A DNA stretch of 64,000 bases from Neocallimastix sp. 'constans' (taxonomy: Eukaryota): positions 434,001-498,000 of the forward strand of contig JBODTK010000123.1 in assembly GCA_050613775.1 (NCBI GenBank), written 5' to 3'. The translations under genes were made by a program, and so were the position numbers. Under the pieces are notes generated by a model, which did no database searches, had not been told where the DNA came from, and was given only the letters and a program-made list of their open reading frames with translations. This document shows, piece after piece, positions 1 through 13,200 of this stretch. Position 1 is the stretch's first letter. The number at the start of each line of letters is the position of its first letter.

Positions 1-868
1 TTTTCTTTTTTTTTTTTTTTATTATAGGAAAAAAAAATAAGTAAATCAAATTTAATTATAAAAATTTAATAAATATAATTTTCATTTAAAAATGAATTAT
101 TCATCAAAGAAGTATATATAATTTTTCAATATCAATACTGAATTACTATTGCCATTTCATTCAAGATAGTTATTTTTTATTAAAAATCATTATATATTTA
201 TATAAAATTCAACAAATTATTAAATGAAGATAAATTTTAATTTTTATATATATTAATCAATGGTATATATATTTAAGTATGACTTAACATTATTTTTCAT
301 ACATATTTTGAGTAGATCAATAATAAATATATTATAAAATTAATTAATTCAATTTAAAATGTAACAATTTTTATAATTTCATAATAAAAATAATAATTAA
401 AAAATGTTTTAATAATTCATATATTTAATTAATAAATTTTTAATAACAATTTTTAGTAATTGAAATATTAATTCAATTGTGGAAAATATGAAAATTATGC
501 AATTTAATAATATTATTAATAAATTATTATTTAATTTCATTTTACAAGTAAATTTGTTAATTTCAACATATTTGATTTAAAAAAATTTATTAATACGATA
601 AATTCTTTTTTTTTTAAAAAAAAATTTACAACGTAAATAAATGTTAAATATCAATTAATTAAAGTATTTAAGAATAAATAATTATAAAAGTATTTACTAT
701 TAGTCGTTTATTTTTTTTTTCATTTTCTTTTATATTATTCAAAAATTTGAATTAATAATTGCCACATAATTCTGAGATTTTTTTGCATTGATCATTATAG
801 AAAAAAGTATTCAAATTCATTATTCAATATTGTATTAAATTTATATTAAAATTTGTTTCATTTATTAG

Positions 869-2172
869 GTTGGTGTAAGAGGTAAAGATGTTGTTGTTTT
901 AGGTGTTGAAAAGAAATCTGTTCTTAAACTTCAAGATCCTCGTACTATAAGAAAGATTTGCATGTTAGATGACCATATTTGCATGGCTTCTGCTGGTATA
1001 TAATATATTTTATAATTATTTATTTATTTATTTAAAGAGTTATGAAAATTTTATATTTATTAATTTTGTTTTATTTTTTTATTATTTAAAAATTAAACAT
1101 TTAAATTATTATATATTTCTATATATATATTACACTATGTAAAATATTATTTTTTGTTCTAAATAAAAAGGTTTAACTGCTGATGCTCGTGTTCTTATTG
1201 ATAAGGCTCGTGTTGAATGTCAAAGTCATAGACTTGTTGTTGAAGACCCAGTTTTCGTTGAATACATTACTAGATATATTGCTGGAATTCAACAAGTAAT
1301 ATATTAATGATATATTATTTTTATATAAATTATATATAGTAAAAATAATAAAAAAATTAATTGATTATTAAAACATTTTAAATATAATTTAATTAATATG
1401 TTATCATAAATATTTTTTTTATATATAGAAATACACTCAAAGTGGTGGTGTTAGACCATATGGTGTTTCTACTTTAATTATGGGCTTTGATTATGGTAAA
1501 CCAAAATTATTCCAAACCGATCCATCTGGTATTTTCTCAGAATGGAAGGTAATTTTTTCTTTCTATTTTTGAAAATATAATTAAAAAAGAATATTAAAAA
1601 TTAATCAAAGTATAATCAGTACTCATAAATTTATTTTATTAATTATTATAATTAATATTATTATATATGATATAACATAATATGATATAATTTGATGTAA
1701 TATTATATTTTTTTGACATAATAAATTATTTATTATTGAATTATATTGAAAATTGTATTCATTAATAATAAAATTAAAAGGCTACTTCTATTGGTAGAAG
1801 TTCAAAGACTATCAAAGAATTCTTAGAAAAGAATTATGTTGAAGATATGTCAAAAGAAGATACTATAAAATTAACTATTAAATCACTTCTTGAGGTATTA
1901 CCTTTATTTAGTTTTGAATATGAATATGGATATATACATTTATTGAAAATATATTTAAATTAATAAATATTAATATATTATTATTATTGTTATTTTTTTT
2001 AAAATTATTAAATAATAATAAAAGGTTGTTCAAACTGGTGCTAAGAATATTGAAATTGCTGTTATGACAAACGATAGTGTTACAAAAGTAAAAATCCAAT
2101 AATTTTCGAATTAATATAATAATATGTTATATTATGTTATTTATATATTATCTTTAAATAATATATATGCTT

Positions 2173-2212
<40 letters not shown>

Positions 2213-2583
2213 ATATAATATTTATTTCTTTTACAAAATTTATTTATTTCTTTTTACAAAATTTATTTATTTCTTTTACAAAATTTATTTATTTATTAAT
2301 ATTTTTTTTATTATAATCATTTAATATTATTATTCTTTTAATTTAAAAGTTCATGGATAATAAGGAAATCGAAGGTAATGAAATAAATTCTTAATATAAT
2401 AATATAATAATAAATAATCAAAATAAAAATAATTATATAATAATAAATAATAAATAAATAATAATAATTATAATAATAATAAATATTAATATCATTGTAA
2501 TATTTAAATTAATAGATATTGTTGCTGAAATTGAAAAGGAAAAGGAAGATGAAGCTGCTAAGAAGAAGCAACCACGTCATTAA
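869..2583 (+). CDS. PRE6: 20S proteasome subunit alpha-4 / alpha type-7, 5'-partial (first exon not in window)
   Basis: Spliced exons 869-995, 1171-1295, 1429-1548, 1781-1894, 2025-2087, 2350-2374, 2516-2583, all GT-AG and phase-consistent. Translation [30 protein letters not shown]...[22 protein letters not shown]...[17 protein letters not shown]...[17 protein letters not shown]...KKQPRH* matches PSMA7/Pre6. Confidence 0.95.
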
Positions 2584-2681
2584 ATAGTATCGTTTTAAAA
2601 AAAAAAATAACATTTTTATTGATTTATACAATAAATTAGTATGTATTTATATTTAAATATAAATTTTAATAATAATATTAG

Positions 2682-2726
<45 letters not shown>

Positions 2727-3054
2727 GATTATTTTTTAATTTTAAGAAGTCCTTCTCTCTATAAAATATATGCTTATATTTAATAAATATATATATATTT
2801 TATGTTTTATTTTTAATTTAGGAAATGCAAAAACAAAAAAAAACCAAAACAAATTCATCTAATAATAATAAATATTAATTAAAAAAAAATTGTAATTAAC
2901 ATTCCATAATAATCACAACAACAACAGCAACATCAACAACAAAAAAGGAAAACAAAAATTATTACAAATATTATTGAAAATAAATAATTTTTTTTTTTTT
3001 AAAAAAAAATAATAAAAAATAAAACAAATAATTATAATACAATAAAATAAAAAC

Positions 3055-3085
<31 letters not shown>

Positions 3086-3204
3086 TAAAAAAAATAAAAA
3101 TAAATAAATATTAAATAATAAAACAAATAAACTAAAATAAATAAAAAAAAAAAAAAAAAAAAGGAAAATAAAATAATGATCTTTATATTTTCTTATCTAT
3201 TATC

Positions 3205-3244
<40 letters not shown>

Positions 3245-3353
3245 TAATAATAAAAAGTAACCATTCTTATATATATAAATATAATTAAAAATTAATAATT
3301 AATAATAGATTTTTAATAATAAATAAATATATAAAATATATTTTTAATCATTT

Positions 3354-3396
<43 letters not shown>

Positions 3397-4700
3397 AAAA
3401 AGAAAAAAAAGAAAGAGAAGATAATATCTATGATTATTTTATTTTATTATATTATATTTTATTCATCTCTGCCTCTCTAAATTTATAGAATTTATGTCTA
3501 TATCTAAATCTAAATCATGATCTATTATATTTAAAGATTTTCAACTTTTATATTAAAATTATAAAATTATGAAATTATTATTATTATTATTAATAATATT
3601 AATATTAATATTATTATTATTATTATTTTGTGAAATTTAATAGATTAACAATTATAAGGTATAAATATAGATAGATAGATAAGATAGATAAAGAGATTTC
3701 TTTATTTATTTGATTTGGATTTGGGAATATAAAAATTAGAATGATTAGAATAGAGAATGAAAAGTCTTAAAAAAAAAAAAAAAAAAAAAAAAAACAAAAA
3801 ACGAATCATTTGGTATATTTAACGAATTTAATTTTTACTTTTATATTTTTTATATCTTATTATTTTATCGTCTCCTCTTTATTTATTTATTTACTCTTTA
3901 TACGATTATATATGTAATATATATCTTTCTAGAAGCCCTTTTTTTTTTTTTTTATTTTTTATTTTTATTAATTTTTTTATTTTTTTATTTTAATTTTCAA
4001 TTTTTATTAATTTTTTTCACCAATGATTATCTTTAATATGAATAATAATACAGAATCAAGTAGTAACTGATTCTGGTATTATATTAATATTATTTTCTAT
4101 TGTTATTCTTATTAATATTAGAAACAATAGAAATAATATTGGTTAATAATAGTGGTATTAGTGATAGAGAATATGGAATTATTAATATTAGTAATTAGTG
4201 AAAATTGTTAAGTAATATACATTAACATATTATAAAGTTTCTTAACGATATAAAATGTATGTAATAGATTAAACGTTGAATTAATGTATACTATTAAATA
4301 ATTGAGTCTTTTCATCATAAGAAATAAAAATAATAATTAATAAATAAAAAAATAAATAAATATATAATAATATAAATAATTTCGTGTGTGTGTGTGTGTA
4401 TTACACCACATTCTGTGTGACGCCTTAACAAAAATAAATAGTATTGTTACCCATAATATATAGTGAAACTAATAAGGTCATTTAATTATAATCGTGTGTG
4501 TGTTTAATATATAAATAAATTTCTGAATAATGAGTACTTTAAATATCTATCTATCTATCTATATATAAATATATGTGATGTGGTATCGATTATATAATAT
4601 AACTTTCTTCTTTAGTGGTGGAAGAGAGATTGACGTTATTGATTTAAATTATACATATATATATATATATAAATAAAAAAAAAGGAGTAGGAATGGGGAT

Positions 4701-4743
<43 letters not shown>

Positions 4744-5485
4744 TTTTAAGTACTACCAAACAAATCATTTCTGGTGATTAATTCTAAAAACGCCCATGCT
4801 TGATGTGATCTGTCGCTCTCTTTTACAGAAATTATAGGTAAAGCTAGTAGTAATAGTAGTAGTAGTTATACTCGATCAAGAGTTTGCTATTCCGACGGTA
4901 TATAAGGGTATATAAGGGTAAACTAATTAAACTAATTGAGGAGCATCAATACTGAAAATGCCAGTTAAGACAGGCTAGTAGGACGCAATGCCTCTGTCTG
5001 AAGGGAGAAGAAAACCATAATTTTTTTCAGATAGTTTAATTCAATTCAATTCAAACCCTAAATCCAGAATAAGAAATTCCTTTTTTAAAACAGAAATCTT
5101 ATATATATAAAATCTGGAGGTGAGGTTCGTTTGCCTATGAACTTTATTTTATTTTATTTTATTTTTTTTTTTTTTTTTTTTTTTTTTGAATTTTTTTTAT
5201 TATATACTTTATTATTTTTTGAATATTACTTTTTATTTCATATTACCACTATTTCAAATATTATTATAATAATAGGAGTATTATAATTAAATTGGACAAA
5301 TAATAATTTATATATATATATATATATATTTATTTATTTTTATTTTATTTTATTTTTATTTTTTTTTGTCTAAAATAACCTATGATATTTTTTACCAATG
5401 ATCATGATCATAGTATTAACCTGCATTCATATTAACATTTATTTTTATTTCTTATATTATTATTTTATTTAAATTCACAATTTTC

Positions 5486-5519
<34 letters not shown>

Positions 5520-5852
5520 TATTATTATTATTATTATTATTATTTATTATTATTATTATTACTATTTTTAGAAAATACAAAAAAGGAACATGATAATCCC
5601 CATAAAGTAAATATATATATATGTATATACATTGTTTTAGTTCTTCAAAAGACAATTTTAATTTTTTTTTTTTATTTTATTTTTTATATATATATATTTT
5701 ATATTTTTCATCACATAGAAAAATAAATATTCATAAATGAACAAAAAAAAAAAAAAAAAAAAAAAAGATAGTTTTAGAGAATGGGATTAATACAAAATTT
5801 AAGTGATATTTTTAAAAACCACGACCTATAGTTTTAAATTTAGAAAATAGAT

Positions 5853-5898
<46 letters not shown>

Positions 5899-6593
5899 CC
5901 TTCATATTATTAATAATAATGAAATCTATAGTAAATTTATGAAACTATATATATATATATAATTTTTTTTTTTTTTAATTTTTTTTTTTATTAATAATGA
6001 TAATGATTGAAATATGATATGAATTTAAGTCTATACATACATACACTTATATATATATATATATATATATTTATTTTTATTTATTTTTTTATTTTTTATT
6101 TTTTTTTATTTTTTTTTATTTTTTTTTTATATTTTAATTTATAGATTAATTATTTATTTGAGGTTAAATGATAATACGTGAGAAATAAAGGTATTTACTA
6201 AAAGATCAATGGTACAAATATTTATTTGTTAAATTATGATGATAAGTCATCCTATTTATTATTATTAGAGATAATGATAATGATAATAATATGTGGTACT
6301 TTTCAAGTTCAGTATTATTATATTAGGAAAAAAAATGTTAGTGAATATAAATGTTAAAAGATTATATATATAAAGATATAAAACTCAACTATAAATGAAA
6401 TTGAGAATGATAAATAATTATTCCTTTAAAAAAGGTTATTAATAAAATATAGATGGGATAAGATGAAGGGTGAAAGATAAAGGGTGAAATATGAATGAAT
6501 GAAAGTGAAATATGAAACAAGATGGCATGATGACATGATGAAGAAAAATAATTTGGAATGAATAAAGGGATGATGACTACTAATCCTAATAAT

Positions 6594-6633
<40 letters not shown>

Positions 6634-7588
6634 AAATAAAAATAAAAATTTAAAAGTTTTCCCTGATTCAATTAAATGATATATATATATATATATATAT
6701 ATAACTCTTTTTAAATTTAAATTCTACAAAGAAGAAACAATGAACATAAAGATGTTAACAATAAGAAAAAAAAGTATATATAAGGTTTTGATAATGATAA
6801 TTACTGGGTTAATAATGTATTTATTATAATTGAAAGTATAGTTTAAATATTATAAAATGAAGAAGAAGACAATGATGATGATGATAATTTTAAATACAGG
6901 ATAATATAGGTATATATAATATGAGAAAATTGAAGGATATTTAAGGATTCTTTGTCAAAAAAAAAAAAAAAAGAAGATAATAAAAATATATATATATAAA
7001 TATAAAAACATCTATAAAAAAAAGATAATAATAAAAATATATATATATATATATAAACATCTATAAAAAAAAAAAAAAAAAAAGAATGATGAATATTAAA
7101 ATTAAAAGATGAAATGAATTTTATTTTAATTTAATGATGAAATGGTAATTAGGTAATTATTTTTATTAATTTATTTATTTATTTATTTTTTTTTTTTTTT
7201 AGTATTATCTATTATCCTGAACAGGATGGATGGAAGATTATCAATTGAAATTTGAAATATAATAAATATAAAAATATATATATATATATTCTTTTAATAA
7301 TGAAGCAAAAGAGTATTTATTTACGATTTAATAAATATTTTTTAGCTTCATCATTAACTGAGTCCAAATAACATATATAACATATACATAAATTATATAT
7401 TTGTACATTTTTTTTTTTTTTTTTTTTTTTTTTAGGACTTAGAGAAAACTTTATTTAATTTATATTAATAATAAAAATTACATGAATTTAAATAAAAAAA
7501 AAAAAATAAAATAATAAATAATAAAATAAAAATAATAAATAAAATACATGAAATGAAAATATTATATATTATAATAATTTATAAAAAA

Positions 7589-8340
7589 GTGCGTTAGAAG
7601 CAATAGATTCTAACTTTTTCCCAATTCATCGATGATAACACCACGTCCATTATTGCAAGTAGTAATTTCAGTATTAGTGATTAGTATTATCAAACGAATC
7701 TGTATCCGATCTTTCACCCGGAGGTGCCTAAATCATTTCGACGGTCGACGCTCTTTGGCAACAGTAGATTCAATAGATTCAACGGAATACCATTTCATCA
7801 TCAAACTAAAAGATCGATAAATTAATGGTATTACGTTTGTTAAAAACTCCGCAATCCCCACAAAATACGGAAACAGTCGACGAAATTGAACTTTGTTTAA
7901 AAATAATGTCAACTAATTGTCTTTGTTCCCCATCATTAACTTTATTTTTTTTATATATTGAACGCCCACCAAGAAGAGCACTAAATATATAATAATAAAT
8001 ATTATTATCATCATAATCCTTTTCTGAATCTAAAGGAAACATCCAAGGATTTTTATTCAATTATCATTGCAAATTTCAAAAAGAGATCATCTAGAAAAGG
8101 TAAAGAATTTATTTCTGTAATTTTCCAATTCTTTACAGGCAAAGTATCCAGTGAGAAAAGCTAGGTACACTAATACCACAACAAGGGCAACATTTAGGGC
8201 AATCTTCTGAGACGATTTTTTCTTTTAATGGAAATATTAATGTCAAATTTAAAACTACACCTAATTCGAGAAATCCAAAAAGAATCCCAACTGATACTTA
8301 GGATATTGAAATGTTATATAAAATCATAATCATATATCAC
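7589..8340 (-). mobile_element. Degenerate 3' fragment of a non-LTR retrotransposon (LINE-like)
   Basis: Frameshifted minus-strand translation YPKYQLGFF..RIRCSFKFD..VSEDCPKCCPCCGISVPSFSHWI..CKELENYR..LPFLDDLF..SALLGGRS..PYFVGIAEFLTNVIPLIY resembles the C-terminal CxxC..H..C zinc-knuckle region of LINE ORF2. A 7-bp stem-loop lies at 7593-7614 near the 3' end. Confidence 0.6.
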
Positions 8341-8419
8341 AAAAATACAATTGTATACATTAATTTCATACATTAAAATAATATATTTTATTATTATTAA
8401 ATTAATTATTTTCTTATCA

Positions 8420-8663
<244 letters not shown>

Positions 8664-8708
8664 GTAAAAATTATGAAAAAGAAAACATTTAAAATTTTTT
8701 TTTTTTAA

Positions 8709-8742
<34 letters not shown>

Positions 8743-8869
8743 AGTTGATGGGTATAAAGAAAAAAAATAGATATATATTTATAAATTTTTATAGATTACT
8801 TTATAAAAGTTAAATAAATAAAAATTAAAATAAAAATAATAATAGTATAATATAATAAATTACCCATTA

Positions 8870-8924
<55 letters not shown>

Positions 8925-9285
8925 TATATAATAAAATTAAAAGAAAAAGAAAAGATATCTTTAATATATTTATAATCATTGTTATAAATATATATAAAAT
9001 ATTACAATATATAAACTATACATATGATGATATTTATATATATATATTTTTTGTATTTGTATATATATATATATATAAATAATAATGAATTATTTAATAA
9101 TTTAAAACTGAAAAATAAAAATAAAAATAAAGAAAAAAAAAAAAAATAAATAAATAAAAATAAAAAATAATAAAAAAAAAATAAAAAAAAAATAAATTAT
9201 TTTTTAATAGAATTTTTTAAAATTACATTTTTCCCAATAAAAAAAAAAATTTTATAATAATACATTAAAAAAAAAAATTTTTTTT

Positions 9286-9463
9286 TGTTATATTTAATGA
9301 AGGTGTTAAAATAATAATAGTATCTAAATTGTTATATTTTATGAGGGTGCTAATAATAATAGTATCTAAATTGTTATATTTTATGAGTGTGTTAAATAAT
9401 AATAGTATAGAAATTGTTACATATTTTATGAAGATGTTAATAATAATAGTATTGAAAATAGTT
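9286..9463. repeat. Minisatellite, 4 diverged copies of ~42 bp
   Basis: Unit approx. GTTATATTTTATGAGGGTGTTAATAATAATAGTATCTAAATT, just downstream of the MET30-like stop codon. Confidence 0.8.
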
Positions 9464-9503
9464 TTTTTTTTTTTTGGTTTACTTTACAATACTAATTATC
9501 ATT

Positions 9504-10228
9504 TTATTTACGATGATTAGTTGTTGTTACTGGTATGGTTGGAGAAATAGGTTGATTTGTTGGTGATAAAGAAGGAGAAAAAGAACTTTTATTTGACTTT
9601 ACAGGTGATGGAATTTGGCTTTGAGCCATTGATGATGGTGGTGGTATTGAACTTGTTATAAGAGAAGAAATAGAAAGAGGAAAATCTTCTAATTTTTTTT
9701 TATTCTTATCCATAGGTATAGATGAATTATTATTATTATTATTATTATCATTATTATTATTATTGCTCTTATTATTTTCATAATTATTATAATCTATTAT
9801 TATTATATATAATTATTTTAATAAAAAAAAATTATTATTAATAAAACAAAAATATTATTAGTAAAAAAAATTATTTTTATTAGCGAAATGAAATATTAAT
9901 AAAAAAAAAAAAAGTAAATAAAACTTACTTTTATTGGAATACATTTCATTAGGTGGTGAATTAGATTGATTATTATTATTATTATTAATATCTTTATTAT
10001 CATTCTTTTTAACATTATCCATGTTGACGTCTTCATTTTTTGGATTATCATTATTATTTTTTAAATTAAAATTTCTAGATTTTCCTTTTTTATTGATGGA
10101 ATCCTCTCTTTTAATTTTGTAGGGTTGTTTTAATAAATTATTGATTTTTAATTCATTTTCAGCCTTACTATTTTTTTGATTATAATTATTATTATCATTA
10201 TTTAAATTTGAATTACTATTAATATTAA

Positions 10229-10283
<55 letters not shown>

Positions 10284-13200
10284 GCTATTATTAATTTGAT
10301 TTTGATAATTGTTATGATAAGACTTTGCATCAGGATCAGGTTTTATATAAACTATTAAGTATTATATATGTTTAAAATAAAATAAATAAAAAAATAAAAA
10401 AAATTAATTAATATTGAAAAAAAAAATTATAAATATATATATATTAATATTATAATTATTTATTTACCTTGATTTTGTCGCGATGACATATAATTATTTA
10501 CATTATCATTATGGTTATTATTTTTATTTGAATAATAATTATTTGATTGTGAAACATTGGAATAGGAATAGGAATTAGAATTTGAATAATTCTCATGATT
10601 TGATGAATAACCATTAGGTTGATAGGAATTATTATTATTATTGTTGTTGTTGTTGTTGAAATTATTATTATTATTATAATTATTATTGTTATTGTTATAA
10701 TTACTATTATTATTGTTGCTGTTATAATTATCATTAAAGTTATTATTATTATTACCATTATTAATATAATTATTATTACCGTTATTATAATTATTACTAT
10801 TGTTATTATAATTATTACTATTGTTATTATAATTATTACTATTGTTATTATAATTATTACTATTGTTATAATTATTGTTGCTATAATTGTTATTATTATT
10901 ATTATTATCAGAGGATGAATTTGAGCCTGAATGGTAATTATTATTCATTTCATATTTTACTATATTTGGACTCTTTTGATTATAGGATATCGGATCGGAA
11001 GGTAAAGGCGTTCCTTGATTCAAATTATGAGGGGAATTATTATAATTATAATTATTATGATGATTATTATTATTCATATTTCCATGATTGGAATACATAT
11101 TCATATAATTAGAATTAGGATTAAGATTTGACATATTATTATTCATATTATTATTCATATTATTATTATTATTACTCATATTATTACTCCTATTATTATT
11201 CATATTATTACTTATATTATTGTTCATATTATTATTATTCATATTATTATTCATATTATTATTCATATTATTATTATTATTATTCATATTATCATTTATG
11301 TCATATCTATTCATATCAAAATTATTCATGTTATAATTATTCATATTACGATTATTCACGTTATTATTATTCATGTTATTCATATTACTCATATTATTAT
11401 TATTCATATTATTATTATTATTATTATTATTCATATTATTATGCATATTATTCATGTTATTCATATTCCTATTATTATTATTATTGTTATTATTATTCAT
11501 ATCATTCATTCCATTTCTATTATTTCGATTGTTCATATTATTCATGTCATTCATACTATTCATGTTCATTGAATTCATATTATCATTCATACCACCATTG
11601 ATATTCATGTTATTTCTAGTCATACTATTATTCATAGAGTTCATTCCATCCATATTATTATTCATATGATGATGATTCATTGGGTTCATATCATTCATAT
11701 TATTATTCATTGAATGATTTATATTATAATTAAGGGAAGGAGAAGATTTTATATTTCTTTGAGGAGGATAAGGTTTACCTGGAGAAGATTTCATAGATTT
11801 TTTATTCATTTCATAATTACTTGGTAAATCAGTAATTGTAATTGGTGGATGAGGTAAATCGAAATCTAATATTGAAATTTTACCATCATCTCCACCACTA
11901 ACAATTTTTGTATCGGTTAATTGAATACAATTAACTGGTCCTAAATGTTTAATAAAGTTTTGTTCAATCTTTCCTGTTTCCATATCCCATACTTTTATAG
12001 TTTGATCATGTGCACCACTAACAATTCTCATATTATCAAAAGAAACACACCAAACTCCTTCTACATGACCAAATAAAGTCTTTTTACATTCACCTGTATA
12101 TATATCCCAAATTTTAATTTGATTATCTAATGAACAGGTGACAAGCGTTCCTTTAGCTTCATGTATATGATGATTTTCATTACAATCTTGCTGTTGTAAA
12201 TTTAATTCATAGTCATTATGACCATGACCTTGACCATTATTACTATTATTACCATTATTAGCAATGTGATTTGAATGATTATTTCCATTTTGAGGATATT
12301 GACTATTTTCAGAATTATTCCAATAATTTTGTAAATTATTCATACGTCCACTATTATTACTATTATTACCATTACCGTTACCATTATTCAAGCCATAGTG
12401 AATACTTCTTTTACCTTTATTTATATTTGAAGAAGAGGTAGAGGAAGAGGAACGATTATCATTAAATATTAAACGATGACTATTACTATTATTATTGTTG
12501 TTGTTATCATCTGGATGTTGTTGATTAACTTCTTGATAATTTGATAATCCATTCATTCTTTGACCACTATTTTCATTTGATGATTGAAGGGTATTTGGAC
12601 GATAGTTAAAGAAATCATCATTATCTTGACCACTACTATTTGTTCTTGATAAATAAGATTCATAACTACCGGAATGATGATGTGAATTAAAGGAATTATG
12701 AGAAAAGGTAGAAGAAGATGAAGATACAGAATAATTTCCTAATTCATTATTATTATTGCTGTTGTTATTGCTATTATTACCATGATAAGGTGGTATAGAA
12801 TTTTTTCTTAAATGTCTATTTAAATTATTTTGAATTTTACTACCATTACCATTATAATTAATATTATTGTTATTGCTATTATTGTTTGAATTGTTGTTAC
12901 CGTTGTTGTTGTTGTTGTTGCTGTTGTAACTATTATTACTTCCATTATAATCATTATTATTATTATTATTAGTATTATTAAAGTTACGTCCTCTGGAGGA
13001 CATTCCTTTCATCTTTGAAGAAAGTAGTACAACGGAAGAATAATTTGAATTGGATGAAGGATTTGAATTACGGACCATATTATAATTATTTATAGCAACA
13101 TTATTTGAATTTCCATTAATAGAATTTGATCTATAGGTATCAAATTTAGAAATTTTAGGTTGATGATAGGTAATACTAGCTTGTAAAGATTGTACTGGAG

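Noticed and set aside
1..868. First PRE6 exon or intronic snoRNA
   Set aside because: No YDRAITVFSPDG-coding sequence and no convincing C/D or H/ACA pair found; treated as intron.
10498..11669. Ile/Tyr/Leu-rich ORFs overlapping MET30 (and similar ones at 32029-35749)
   Set aside because: Alternative-frame or antisense shadows of AAT-rich and A-rich coding sequence.
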